Assembly: GCA_951406725.2 (NCBI GenBank)
Contig: OX597817.1
Location: forward strand, 100,192,001-100,256,000
Length of the DNA: 64,000 nucleotides
DNA from: Octopus vulgaris
Lineage: Eukaryota
Reading direction: 5' to 3'
Shown: piece after piece, positions 37,020 through 49,599 of the stretch
How positions within the stretch are numbered: the first letter of the stretch is position 1
Layout of the letters: each line of letters opens with the position of its first letter
Translations under genes and position numbers: made by a program
Notes under the pieces: generated by a model
Database searches by the model: none
Told to the model about the DNA's origin: nothing
What the model saw: the letters and a program-made list of their open reading frames with translations, nothing else

Positions 37020-37414
37020 GTAAGATTGTCAATTTATGTAAAGTCTACTGTTATAACTGAACTTGGGTCTACTTTGTCCTCTTTCCATTTACACCATCTT
37101 CATTGCCTTCATGAAGACATGATGATAGTATAAAGAGGAAGCAAAGCCCACACACACATGCACAAAAAAACAAAGATACAACACTTATAAAAACTGCATA
37201 TTTTACTAAATTTTACAAAATTCTGAGTTCAAATTCTGCCAAAGTCAACTCTGCCTTCCAGGGTCAATAAAATGAGTACTGGGATCAATGTAATTGGCTG
37301 GCCCCTCTCACCCAAAATTTCAAGCCTTGTGGCTATAAAAGAAAGAATTTTACTACATAAATAATTCATTTGCTTATCCATATTTTTCTTTTAGTTTATC
37401 TTCTTTTCTTGTAG

Positions 37415-37477
37415 GTGGTACAGAGCTCCAGAACTTTTGTATGGAGCTAGGAAGTATGATGAAGGTGTTGATTTATG
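37415..37477 (+). CDS. CDK20: CDK20 coding exon 6 (WYRAPELLYGARKYDEGVDL-W)
   Basis: GTAG acceptor, APE motif, GTAAAT donor. Confidence 0.97.
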
Positions 37478-38545
37478 GTAAATATATTTTCAGAGTAATT
37501 TCCTGAATAATGGTAATTAAAATGAATTGACTGTAATTTATAATTTTCCAAACAGTAGAAAGGTTAATAAGTATTTATTAAAGACTACATTTATCTGAAA
37601 AAAGAGAGATTGTAAACTGCTGTGAAAAGATTTTGTTGGTTACTGTATAAACTCTAATTCTAAACTGTCATCTTAGCCAGCATTAGCTTTTCTCATATAA
37701 TTGTAATTAAAAGAATTTATTCCACTTTTTAGAAGTTTTCAACGGTGGATTAACGATAAAGAAAAATAATCCCTAACTTATTAGATTTTAAATGTCTTAT
37801 AGTTTTTAAGCAGCAGTGTAGTAAAGTAAGTATTATTGTGATGGTGGCAATAAATGAGATATGTTGCCTTACCATTTTTCTTTTGTGCAGCCTGTTATTA
37901 TTAGTGTGAAATTAAGGAAAAGACTATGCCTCCTCTCCATTCCCAAGTGCAGTTTCCTGGTTTCTCTGTGTCTGTATGATCTTGTTATATATACAAAAGA
38001 ATTTAAAATGGAACAGAAAATAAAATAAACACTTTTAGTATTAAAGTTTTACTACTCTTTTGTAAAAGTATTTGAGTTGTTATTAACTGGAATACATTAA
38101 CATTTGTTAGTAAGAGGTGTTTTTAATGTCACATAACCAGCAATAATCTTTGTTGGTTTCACCAAGCTTTTGTTTAACTCAAGATAAATGGTGCAGGATT
38201 AAAATGAAGTACTTGGGTGTCAGAGTTGTCAACCTCATTAGGAGGCATTAATATCCATAGGATTTTGTTTATGTTAATTTTGTTACATTGTTCATCAATA
38301 TGTTAATGCTCTCTCTCTCTCTCTTTCACACACACACACGATGGGAAGTTTTCAGCTTCTGTCTACTTATTTAAAATATATCAGAGAAGTTGTTACCAAT
38401 GAATATATTTAAATTTCTGTTACTTAGTTGCCAAGAGTGAACCAAGTATTTTGACAATTTTTATGTATTATTTTCAGTTGTTGCATTTTATTTGCAAATA
38501 TTTTATATTTATGATTAATCATAAAGCCTTTTATTTCACTTTCAG

Positions 38546-38597
38546 GGCTGTAGGCTGTATTTTTGGAGAATTATTGAACAACTCCCCACTTTTCCCA
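38546..38597 (+). CDS. CDK20: CDK20 coding exon 7 (AVGCIFGELLNNSPLFP)
   Basis: TTTCAG acceptor, GTATGT donor. Confidence 0.96.
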
Positions 38598-39149
38598 GTA
38601 TGTCTACTTACATCATTTCATTATTATATGTTAACATTACATGTCTTAATATAATTTTATCTACATATTAATCACCTCTTGTTTCAATCTTGTTGCCCAA
38701 TTTCAATACTACTCTCAGTCTGTTGTTAAAATAGCATTACCCTAAATGACATATTCCAATGACCAAGGGTGTTAAATGTCTTCCTTTTGGCTAAAGAGTA
38801 ATGAATTCTTATTCTCATGCTGGTGCTGTGAAGATCCCTTGAGGTGGTTCTGAGTCACACACACCCCAATTGTCTAACAATATAGCAAGCCAAGTATGAG
38901 GGACTACCTCAATGAAGTAGCAAACATACCTAAAAGCTTACTGCTTTTAGTTACCATTGCTGATATACTGTGTTTATCAGCAGATATTTTCACTAATTCT
39001 AATTTACAAATTAATATGAATGAAAACTAATCCTAGACTCTTATATACTTTTCTCTGAAGTGAAGCATAAGAAGGTATTAAGTGACTTTAATGACTTGCT
39101 TTTATGTTTAAATAAATAAATAAATTTGTTTTTTGTTTCCTCCTATTAG

Positions 39150-39221
39150 GGTGATAATGATATTGAGCAGCTGTGTTGTGTATTGAGAGTTTTGGGGACA
39201 CCAACTGAGAAAACATGGCCG
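39150..39221 (+). CDS. CDK20: CDK20 coding exon 8 (GDNDIEQLCCVLRVLGTPTEKTWP)
   Basis: TTAG acceptor, GTAATC donor, CDK LGTP...WP motif. Confidence 0.96.
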
Positions 39222-40470
39222 GTAATCATTGTTAAATTTTAGTATTTTTCTAATAAACCATAGAATGTTACAGTAGGTTAGTTTTGAGGACTGTTATTAA
39301 GCATTTGATGCACTAAATGCCTTACAATATTTGGTTCAGCTCCTCTGACTTCAAGTCTCATTAGACTTGGTTTACCCTTTCATATAGTTAAACAATAAGT
39401 ATTTCTATCATTATAACTATTAGTCTTATGTCTGGCAAGAATTAGTGTCATACATTTTTCATACAGAGCTTCTCTAGTGTCTTAATTAGAAGATGCCTTT
39501 CATCATGGTCTAATCTTTTCTTTATAAAAAGAAATGGGGTAACTAAAAAGATAATATAGTATAAACACCAGTTAATACAGTATAACTATAAAGCCAATAA
39601 CTTCCACCATATAACTGCCAGTACTACTGAGTGTATTAAAATTGTAAACACCACCTGATAGTATGTAAACATCACCTAGTATAATGTAATGGGAAATACA
39701 GTACCTAAAGCTGCTCTATTGCACACCTGTCCAAATTATACCAGCATGAAAAATAAGTTATTGTCAATCATTTGTTATTTTCAATACCAAGGCAATATTA
39801 TATTTTCCCCATCACTGTTTCTCTTTCTCTCTTCCATGCACACACACACACATACACACACACACATATGAAGTTTTCAGTACCTTACAAATTTCATAAA
39901 AGATATTAAATATAGATAACAGAGAAAGCTTACATATGATGCTACTTTCAATTTAAGTGGTTTAATTTAGTCTTGAGTAACAGACGTTTGTTTATCTTTT
40001 TATTTCTCTTTTATTTATTCTATATTTGAAATTTCAAAAGTAGAACACTTAGAATGTGTCATTTGGAGGCTATATTTAGTGGTAATGGATTGGACAAAAT
40101 GCCTCGCAGTATTTAGTTATGACCCTTCACATTCTGAGTTTAAATCTCATCCAGACCATCTTTGCTTTTGATTCTTCTAGGTTTGACAAAATAAAGTACC
40201 AGTCAAGTACTAGAAATGATTCAATCTAGTATATCCTGTCTCCCAAAAAGTAAAACTTGTGCCAATTTTAGAAATCTATATTTAAACACAGGCAAAATGG
40301 TATGTTAAATCGTTTGCTTTACAACCACATTGCCCTAAGTTCCATGCTACTGTTAAGCAACTTGGCAAAGTGTCCTCAACCACAGTCTCAACCTTATGAG
40401 AAAAATTTAGTTGTTAGAACCTGAAAATTAATTTGCTTGCTTGCTTTTGTAAGATTGAAAATATTAGTAT

Positions 40471-41957
40471 TGTTACGGAATCACCCGTCGTCGCCGCTCG
40501 CCCGAACGGGCAAGTTCGCCACGGAACCCAAAGAGGAGAGAGGAGAGATACATACAACAACAACCGCAGCAGCACAGAGAGATACAGAGAGGCAACCGAG
40601 AGAGACACAAAGCGGCAAGGCAACACTGGCTTACATTTAACACTAGTTTATGACAATCAATGGTTACAACATCAAAGCATTTAAAGGAAACAACAAATCA
40701 ATACAGGTATACAACAGATCAAAACATTTAACAACATGCAGATACAATATAACAGTCCGGTAACGACACAACAAGGTCAATATATCAGCATTTCAAAGGT
40801 ACACGTCCGAAGACACAGTTCTTTTTCAAATCACATCAACAGATAACGTTCACAGTTCTTTAAAGTCTTTACAATCTCATTTCTATTTTCTTTTGTAATA
40901 TGTATCAACACAATTCTGAACATAAATACCACAACTCGATAATCGACACATCAACAAGTCCTTTACTGTTCTTTTCACTGTTCAATACACCAATTCTTTT
41001 TCCTTCTTTTTCTTCACATATCAACACACAATTCACGTACCTTAATTCCTAATTAGAATTGCCAGTGTCCCATATTGCACCCCATCTCTCTCTCAATACT
41101 GCTAACTCCAGCTTGCCAAGCTCCTGAATCCCACCGCTTGCTCCTAAGATTCCAACTCCTTGTCCTGACTTCCAAGATCCGTCTGTGCTCTTTGACGACC
41201 GAATACCAACTACCCAAAACCTCACTTGCTCTCTCCCTTCCCACTGCCCTCATCTCCATCTGTCTCTACTGCTTATACCCTCTCTATCTGCCCTGGTCCC
41301 TAACTGCCTGTCCTCCTCTGCCCCTCATCCTCTCTCACTGCCAATATCCTCTCCATCTGCTCTTAGATTCCTTACTCTATCTTTTTCTCACTACTGCTAG
41401 ATTCTTCCTCACATCTCTCTGACCCCTAATCGACCAGGAAGACTGCTTCAGCGTTGGGTGAGCTTTGTGGTTGATGGCTGCTTGGGGCCAGTGGAGCCCG
41501 ACAGGCAGTGCATAGTAAAAGCTCAATTGAGGGTCGGGTGGACCCTAGTAGAAGCAGAAGCTGGCAGGGCGCTGCCTGGGTCGGCCGATCTTTTGGAAGT
41601 GGCACAGGCGATTTGTAGAAGGCAAATCGAGGAATCGTGCCAGATGGCGAACCAGTGGTGGGGCCAGTTCTGCCGATACGGCAACGCAGTTGAAGGAGAT
41701 GGTGGCCCACTGATGCAGTTGAGGAAGCGGTCCGCAAGGAGTCGCTGGTGCTTGGTTGGCACTTGGGTGAGCTCTGTATTCGATGGTTGCGTGGGGCCGG
41801 TGGAGCCCGACAGGCAGTGCGGAGTAAGGCCAAAAGGTCCCTCCAAAACCCCATTAATCTCCCAGTAAACAAAGGACTGTTACTTTTTACTCCAGTCCTG
41901 CCGGCACCATCATTCCAAAGTAGGTCAAGAAATACTGCACTAGCCAAACCCACAACA
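40471..41957 (-). repeat. 3' LTR (1487 bp including a 390-bp insertion)
   Basis: Preceded on the minus strand by the polypurine tract AGGTAGGGGGTAG (41958-41970). Confidence 0.9.
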
Positions 41958-42229
41958 CTACCCCCTACCTAAGCTTTGTCGACCCGACAAAAGCATAACA
42001 AACCCGCAGCTCCGAGGGCGAGCTCCAGCAGACGTTTCTCCTCCGGGGGTCTCACCTCCCACGGCCACCACCTCAGCACCAGCCACAGGTTGGCACCCTC
42101 CCTCTGCGGCTTGGGTAACACCTCTGCCAAGGCCGCCTACAATAGGCGCACCATCTGAGGAAGTTCCTCAAATCCCTCACACAGGCAGGGTCCGGCCAAT
42201 CCTTCACAGTGGCCACCTTCCTCAGGGCT

Positions 42230-43798
42230 CTATAACACACGTAGCACCTCGCTGTGCCATCCCCATTCCGCGCAATTATCGCCGACGACCAGGGACCATT
42301 CCGCCTTTCCACTGTTCCCCGTTGCCGATATCTCCTCTTGCGCTGCTGTACTGGGACCTTCCTCCGGCCTTGCTGCTTCCTCAAGCGACGACCGCCTTGG
42401 TTGATGAAACACTCCGCCATGTTCGCGCGACCAACGTCCTGCGCTCCTCACCAACGGTTGCTTCTTCTGCAACTGCATCAGCGGACCACGATCTCCTTTA
42501 ACTGCATCACTGCACCGGCAGAACTGACCCCGCCGCTGGTTCACCGTCTGGCGCAGTTCCACGATTTGCCCTCTGCAAATCGCCTGCGCAGCCTTCAATA
42601 AATCGGCCGACCCAACCAGCGCTCTGTCAACTTCTGCCTCCACCAGGGTCCAGCCGACCCTCAATTGAGCTCTTACTCCGCACTGCCTGTCGGGCTCCAC
42701 CGGCCCCACGCAACCATCGAATACAGAGCTCACCCAAGTGCCAACCAAGCACCAGCGACTCCTTGCGGACCGCTTCCTCAACTGCATCAGTGGGCCACCA
42801 TCTCCTTCAACTGCGTTGCCGTATCGGCAGAACTGGCCCCACCACTGGTTCGCCATCTGGCACGATTCCTCGATTTGCCTTCTACAAATCGCCTGTGCCA
42901 CTTCCAAAAGATCGGCCGACCCAGGCAGCGCCCTGCCAGCTTCTGCTTCTACTAGGGTCCACCCGACCCTCAATTGAGCTTTTACTATGCACTGCCTGTC
43001 GGGCTCCACTGGCCCCAAGCAGCCATCAACCACAAAGCTCACCCAACGCTGAAGCAGTCTTCCTGGTCTTGGTGGACCCACTACCGTTCGTAGCTGTCTC
43101 GCCTCATCAACGGGCTTGGTCCTTTTCCTCACCAGCTTCCGCACATCAGGCCTCACAACATGCACGCTCGGCCGCCAGTCCATCCACACCTGTGGCCTCT
43201 CCACAGTGGGAACCATACAGTCCTTCTGGGCCCCAAGAGACAGGGGCCCAGACACCAAAGGACCCGCACACGGCATAACACCTGCCGCGACCATTACACA
43301 CAGAGCCGGAACCTCGGATTCAGCGACATCCGCCCCAGACCTCGCCAGCTCTTCGTCCCGAGCTCCGAGAGACAGGGGTCGAGATGCCAAGGGCTCCAGA
43401 CACGGAACAACAGCATCAGCCATAACACCTTCAACAGGCCTTTCGGATTCCTCAACCTCTACGGGTTCCAAATCACAAGATTTCTTGGGTACAGCGTCAC
43501 AAATTTCGGCAACCAACCCAGGTTCCGCAACACTTCCTTCACTATCTGTTTCACTCGATGCTTCGTTTGACGGGCAATCTCTGCCCACAAGACCGTCGCT
43601 ATCCCCGGTCCAACACCGATCCTCCAAAGCTGACCCATCCGCAACCTCAAGCTCCTGCTGATCTGCCCACAGGCCCTGTCGCCTCTTGTCCATTCTTTCT
43701 AAGAATGCGTCTGTCTGCGCCATCTGGCCCCTCAACATCTCCACAATCAGGGCAAGCGAAATCTCCTCGTCTCCGGTCCGACAACCAGACAAATCCAT
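42230..43798 (-). CDS. LTR-element internal ORF (522 aa from first ATG), probably gag-derived, with internal repeats
   Basis: Uninterrupted frame starting ~36 nt after the PBS; predicted helical N-terminus, acidic linker, two ~100-aa repeats; no protease/RT/integrase motifs. Confidence 0.55.
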   Translation of the reverse strand: MDLSGCRTGDEEISLALIVEMLRGQMAQTDAFLERMDKRRQGLWADQQELEVADGSALEDRCWTGDSDGLVGRDCPSNEASSETDSEGSVAEPGLVAEICDAVPKKSCDLEPVEVEESERPVEGVMADAVVPCLEPLASRPLSLGARDEELARSGADVAESEVPALCVMVAAGVMPCAGPLVSGPLSLGAQKDCMVPTVERPQVWMDWRPSVHVVRPDVRKLVRKRTKPVDEARQLRTVVGPPRPGRLLQRWVSFVVDGCLGPVEPDRQCIVKAQLRVGWTLVEAEAGRALPGSADLLEVAQAICRRQIEESCQMANQWWGQFCRYGNAVEGDGGPLMQLRKRSARSRWCLVGTWVSSVFDGCVGPVEPDRQCGVRAQLRVGWTLVEAEVDRALVGSADLLKAAQAICRGQIVELRQTVNQRRGQFCRCSDAVKGDRGPLMQLQKKQPLVRSAGRWSREHGGVFHQPRRSSLEEAARPEEGPSTAAQEEISATGNSGKAEWSLVVGDNCAEWGWHSEVLRVL

Positions 43799-43833
43799 AG
43801 CGAAAAAGCCGATCAAGCGCAGCAATCAGGACG

Positions 43834-43851
43834 ATCCCACTTCTGACACCA
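43834..43851 (-). promoter_or_regulatory. Primer-binding site complementary to tRNA-Leu 3' end
   Basis: TGGTGTCAGAAGTGGGAT, 2 nt inside the 5' LTR; complements ...AUCCCACUUCUGACACCA of tRNA-Leu(CAA/CAG). Confidence 0.9.
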
Positions 43852-43853
43852 GT

Positions 43854-44968
43854 TGTTACGAGGGTGGGACCTCCGATTCGAACTGTTACGGAAATCCTCA
43901 CACAGGCCCGTTCGATGCAGCGAATAAGCTACGGAAACTCGTCGGAGAGAGGAGAGAGAGGAGATATACACAACAACAACAACAACAGCAGCACAGAGAG
44001 ATACCGAGAGGCAACCGAGAGAGACGCAATGAGGCAAGGCACAACTGGCTTACATTTAACACTAGTTTATGACAATCAATGGTTACAACATCAAAGCATT
44101 TAAAGGAAACAACAAATCAATACAGGTATACAACAGATCAAAACATTTAACAACATGCAGATACAATATAACAGTCCGGTAACGACACAACAAGGTCAAT
44201 ATATCAGCATTTCAAAGGTACACGTCCGAAGACACAGTTCTTTTTCAAATCACATCAACAGATAACGTTCACAGTTCTTTAAAGTCTTTACAATCTCATT
44301 TCTATTTTCTTTTGTAATATGTATCAACACAATTCTGAACATAAATACCACAACTCGATAATCGACACATCAACAAGTCCTTTACTGTTCTTTTCACTGT
44401 TCAATACACCAATTCTTTTTCCTTCTTTTTCTTCACATATCAACACACAATTCACGTACCTTAATTCCTAATTAGAATTGCCAGTGTCCCATATTGCACC
44501 CCATCTCTCTCTCAATACTGCTGAATCCCACCGCTTGCTCCTAAGATTCCAACTCCTTGTCCTGACTTCCAAGATCCGTCTGTGCTCTTTGACGACCGAA
44601 TACCAACTACCCAAAACCTCACTTGCTCTCTCCCTTCCCACTGCCCTCATCTCCATCTGTCTCTACTGCTTATACCCTCTCTATCTGCCCTGGTCCCTAA
44701 CTGCCTGTCCTCCTCTGCCCCTCATCCTCTCTCACTGCCAATATCCTCTCCATCTGCTCTTAGATTCCTTACTCTATCTTTTTCTCACTACTGCTAGATT
44801 CTTCCTCACATCTCTCTGACCCCTAATCGACCGCACAAGGCCAAAAGGTCCCTCCAAAACCCCATTAATCTCCCAGTAAACAAAGGACTGTTACTTTTTA
44901 CTCCAGTCCTGCCGGCACCATCATTCCAAATTAGGTCAAGAAATACTGCACTAGCCAAACCCACAACA
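43854..44968 (-). repeat. 5' LTR (1115 bp)
   Basis: Adjacent to the PBS; near-identical to the other LTR over ~900 bp. Confidence 0.9.
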
Positions 44969-45308
44969 GTATATTAAATGAAAATCTCAATTGCATCTCT
45001 TTCTGACCTCTTTCAAGGTCAATAAAATAAATCTTGGTGCCCTAGCATGACTTCAGTTTAGAGCTAAAACTAGTAAAATCTTCTACTCTCACACATCCCA
45101 AAAACTGATAGAATAGGATTCCTTACATTTCAACTAAGTTGTTAGTGGTAGGAAGGACATCTAGCTGTAAAATGAAATCTAACAATATTTAAATAGATAT
45201 TAAACAGTTAAGAACAATTTTCTTCACTCATCTATGTAGTTCTGACAATAAACAAAAAAAAATTGTTATGCAATTTATTTAAAAAAAATTTTTCTTTTGT
45301 TATTGAAG

Positions 45309-45464
45309 GGGATGTCAGAATTACCAGATTTTAAGAAGATTACTTTCCCAGAAAATCCAGCAATTCCTATCAAAGAAATAGTTCCAGATGCTTCAGCTCA
45401 TGCATCAGATCTACTTGGAAAGTTTCTTGTGTATCCTTCAAAAGAGAGGATAGCAGCCAAAAAG
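45309..45464 (+). CDS. CDK20: CDK20 coding exon 9 (GMSELPDFKKITFPEN...YPSKERIAAKK)
   Basis: T-rich tract + GAAG acceptor, AAG|GTACAT donor, 156 nt open frame. Confidence 0.95.
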
Positions 45465-45537
45465 GTACATTCTTAACATTTTGTTGTGGCTCATTTAACT
45501 GTATTTTAACATGTGTGTGGAAATGAATTTATTGATC

Positions 45538-46500
45538 AGTACCATATAAACTCGTGTATAGGTCGTAACATTTTCTGAGAATATATAGTAAAACCATCAG
45601 GGAACTTATCTACTAAATCTACAAAATCTCAAAACAAAATATATTCCACTAATTCAAAATACACAATTATATAGAAATGGACAGGTATTAAAGGCAAACT
45701 CATACTGACTAAAAACACCAAAGGATGTTGATGATACAGTTGAATGGTTACCAAAAGATGTTCATAAGTTTGTGGCTAATCAATTTAAGATTTGTGACTT
45801 ATAATTTGTCAGCAATCAGAATTATAGATGAAAATTAATGTTTTGACAGGCCAACCAATGTCACTGCAGATTTTTAGAACATCTCAGTTTATAGAACATA
45901 AGTAACATCCCCTGGGAGTTTTAGTTTGCATGGGTGAAAGGACTAAGTTAAAACTTATTTTTAAAAAGGAAGCTACACCAAAGGTTAATTTTCCAAATGC
46001 TACACTAGTCAATGAGCAACTCAAAATATGGCACATATTCACATATGTTTATTCAGACAAAATATAGTTAGAAAGGCACATATTCACATATGTTTATTCA
46101 GACAAAATATAGTTAGAAAGGCTTGGCCCTCTACTTGAACCAACATCTTTGTTAGCGGGGGATCAATTCTGTGCACATTTGTGCGAATCAATCAAGCAAG
46201 AAACTGAAGCAAAACAAGAAATTGTTATCTCAGGAGGATGTGCTATAATTCTACAATGATTGGATGTTTCATTCAATAATATTTCTAAAAGGATTTCAGG
46301 AAGTTATAAAATATCTTAAGTAAGCAAAGAACTGATGAAGGGAAATATGCAAGTGTAGACATGGTTGTTAAATGATGCTTGGGAAAGCATAACCTGTGAC
46401 ATAATTATAAATTCTTTCAAAAATGTATTAGTTCAAATGAACTGGATTGAACTAGGGATGAAAAGCTATTTGAAGAATCTTTTCAGGGGTATGAGGATGA
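45538..46500 (+). mobile_element. Pogo/Tigger-like transposase relic
   Basis: CAGTA...CTCGTGTATAGGTCG terminus; SLLAGDQFCAH and VISGGCAIILQ*LDVSFN (DDE_1 family) motifs. Confidence 0.65.
46030..46122. repeat. Perfect 45-bp tandem duplication
   Basis: GGCACATATTCACATATGTTTATTCAGACAAAATATAGTTAGAAA x2. Confidence 0.95.
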
Positions 46501-47744
46501 GAATTGGATATCTCTCTACTTAACAGAAAAGAACTGGAGAATCATTAGTGTGTTGGAGCTGAGCTTAGTGATGATGATAGTTTGAGAGAGTGATACTTGA
46601 CAAAAATATTTGTGAAATATTCTATATTGTATATCTTTTGAAATGTTCATATTAAGCTTTCTTTGGTTATCACATTGTTTATGAATTGAATGTTGTATAT
46701 TTTTTATGGACAATTATAATTAGTGAATAAAAAATACATTATAAGAATATATTTCTGTTAAAAACATTACATTTTACATATCATTTAACATTGCCCTCAA
46801 TAGCTAGTAGTCCATGAAATATTTTGTTTAACTTCATACTATATTCATTCATTTACTAATCATTTATCATTTCTGAATTTCATAATTTACTGTGGGTAAA
46901 CAAACTATTTGAATCCCTCTTGACAAGATGGCAAAACCAATTAAATATTGTTAATATTTATTGTTGCACTATATAGAAATTGTATAGGCCACCATAGTGT
47001 ATTGTCTGCATATTGTTGATATGTAATTTGCTCCCCTTGATACATTTTAAAACATGTTTTACATTAGAAAATATATCTGATATAATTAAAGTACATGGTG
47101 AGGGTGTGCATATGCTAGGATAGATAGTGTGTTACTTATTTTGCTATAAGTAGATGCCAGAAAGTTAATTTAACATAGAAGATTATATTTCTGCTAAATA
47201 AATTTTTCACAACAGCCAATTTAAATACTTATTACTCTAAGCACTGTGCCAATTATTACTCTCTCTCATTTTCAAAATAAATAAATAAATGCTTCATTTA
47301 TTGTGAACTCAACCAAATAAGATGTTTTCTTAATTAGAATCTTAAAATGGAACATTTTAAATTTTCAGAAAGTGGTACATTTCAAACTACTCCATCCTGT
47401 GTTTCATATATAAAGATCATGGGACATTATATACAAATATTGTATATATGTTGTATAAATTTAGATCTTTAATAATAATAAAAGATGGGGTAGTTTAGTT
47501 CTTAAGTTTAATGTGCACCCCTAATTTGTAGGTTTAAAAATCTGGAAAAAAAACCCTATGTATTTTAAATTGAAAAAGGTATGAAAATTCTTATCTTCAC
47601 AACAAAAATTTCTGAAATTATGAGCATAATCTTCCGTTATTGGATCAATTTTTAAGGTACTTTAGGCTATTGTTGATTGTTATACACATGAAAGAAATTT
47701 TTTATCATACTTTTATACCTGTGATTTTCTTTTTCTATTTTCAG

Positions 47745-47924
47745 GCTTTACTTCATCCTTACTTTTTCAGTGTTCCTCTTCCGTGCCATCATTCAGATTT
47801 ACCAGTGCCTTACAGAGGTTGGCAGATGAGACGCAGACAACAAACACATGACTACAATCCAGATATTCCTTTGGAAAAATCTCTGCTACCTCTTGAAGCA
47901 TTAACTTTTTTTATGAATCAATAA
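47745..47924 (+). CDS. CDK20: CDK20 coding exon 10 (ALLHPYFFSVPLPCHHSDLPVP...FFMNQ*)
   Basis: TTTTCAG acceptor, ALLHPYF kinase end, CDK20-like tail, TAA stop. Confidence 0.95.
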   Translation, partial: ALLHPYFFSVPLPCHHSDLPVPYRGWQMRRRQQTHDYNPDIPLEKSLLPLEALTFFMNQ

Positions 47925-48704
47925 TAGACTTTTATAGAAATTAATAGCATTTAAAATATACAAATCTTATGATTTTTGACAAATTTATACTTTTCTCCAA
48001 CTCTATATCAGTTTTCACATTTTTCATTACAAAAAAAGGGGGAAAGCAGCTACATTGGATGAATGATAGTTTATTGTGGATGAAACATTGTATTGATTGA
48101 CTGATGTAGAGCCATTGGAATATAATCACCAAACTTCAAGGTGATTATATTCCAATGTGTTAGGTTGCTATAAAAAAAAATATTTAATATTCCAAGAAGC
48201 CTTTAATGAAGACTCAGCTTTCCAGTGAAGAGCTTTATCCAAAACATTAGATATTTCTTCTCATGGCCTAACTTTTCCTTCTATTTATAACGTTAAGCTT
48301 CATAGATGAGATAAGGATAATTACAAAGAGATTGTTGTGGAGACCAACACAAGTATATCACAAATAGATTATGATGAGGATCAAAACAAAGTGTTTACTC
48401 TTTTACCAGAAATGATACATAAATTCTGATTCTTAAGTTGAGATAGACACCCATCCACTTGACATTTGCAGCTTCCTTAATAATTATTGATGTTTATCCT
48501 AATTAAAAATGAATGAAAGGTTGAGACAATCACTTAATACTAAAATAATATGGAGTAATCAAACTATTAACCTTAGCTAAAATGTTTCTTTCTACACTTG
48601 GTTTTTGTAAAGTATATTATGAATATCTTCAGATGACATATATACATATCACTAGGTATGAAATGAGATAAATCACTAAGATATCATTGATAAAAGAAAT
48701 GATT

Positions 48705-48710
48705 AATAAA
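48705..48710 (+). terminator. Candidate CDK20 polyadenylation signal AATAAA
   Basis: AATAAA ~780 nt after the stop, followed by T/GT-rich sequence; AT-rich context makes this uncertain. Confidence 0.35.
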
Positions 48711-49280
48711 ACGATCTCAAGCTACTAATGCTTGTGCAATGATGTTTTCTTTTAACAAATGTATTTTCCTAATACTTAATAAGTTTTTTTTTCCACTTAC
48801 ATTTTCATTCCATGCTATGAAATTTGTTCTCTGTAATATTTCTCAAAAAGAGAAAATCATTAACCTTTAGTTTTTAATAATTATCTTCATAAAAAGGAAG
48901 TTAATTCTCTTTTTATATATTTTTTGCTCAGTTAAATTTCAGTTTTTGTGCTTCTGTATAATCAGAGCTTAATCAGTGAACTTGTAATATCTTCTGTGAA
49001 CAAGGTTAATTGAAATAGGCAGTAAATAAGTAGTAAACTTCAATTTACTACTGCATGTTAATTAAATATGACTGATTTATATTTTCAAAGTTTTATATTT
49101 TACAGGTGTAGCTTCACAATTATAAGATTATAGATAAGATTTTATATTTTGGTTAAGAAATTAGCAGAGTAAGAGTTAATAATTGGTGTCAGAGTTATTT
49201 CCACGAACCCAAACTAGACTGCAAGATGTATTGGATACTTATTTTCCTATGTTACTGAGGAGATAAGTAATGACCTCTTG

Positions 49281-49490
49281 AAACCTTTTGATACTGACCC
49301 AGGTTCTATGACATAAACTAATTGTTTTAAAGTGATCTAAATTATGATCTTCCATAAAAATTTTATGCTAATTTGTTAAGACCCCAACTTGATAATGATA
49401 AAGTTATTTTACTAAACACTTCAATATTTTAATAATTAACTGAAACAAAGGCAGCATATGATGACAAAAGTATGGTAACAAAAGAGTTAA
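49281..49490. mobile_element. piggyBac-like (TTAA) MITE, degenerate
   Basis: AACCTTTTGATAC ... GGTAACAAAAGAGTTAA ends; homologous copy at 61801-62024. Confidence 0.55.
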
Positions 49491-49599
49491 GGGCTTTCAT
49501 CCACTATGGCAGAAAGTCAGTTTGAAAATCACTCAGTAGACAACAGCAGGTAAAACATGGATATGTAAGAAAGATTACTTAGGTAGGTAAATTATTTAG

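Larger units (their letters stand above)
40471..44968 (-). mobile_element. Non-autonomous Gypsy-type LTR retrotransposon in a CDK20 intron
   Basis: TG...CA LTRs at 40471-41957 and 43854-44968, GTAT TSD (40467-40470, 44969-44972), PBS, PPT and pol remnant KVATVKDWPDPACVRDLRNFLRWCAYCRR. Confidence 0.93.
12440..48710 (+). other. CDK20: Cyclin-dependent kinase 20 (CCRK) gene, whole locus; 5' and 3' ends approximate
   Basis: Ten GT-AG coding exons (75+74+40+189+122+63+52+72+156+180 = 1023 nt) splice in frame to 340 aa: MEQYTILGNIGEGAHGIVFKAK...[10 protein letters not shown]...DFGLAR...[29 protein letters not shown]...ALLHPYFF. GEGAHG, FPHG.GFVL.FE.M.SDL and HQVATRWYRAPELLYGAR are CDK20-diagnostic. 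Confidence 0.96.

Noticed and set aside
41426-41972. Several overlapping ORFs in the 3' LTR
   Set aside because: By-products of the GC-rich inverted insertion, not independent genes.
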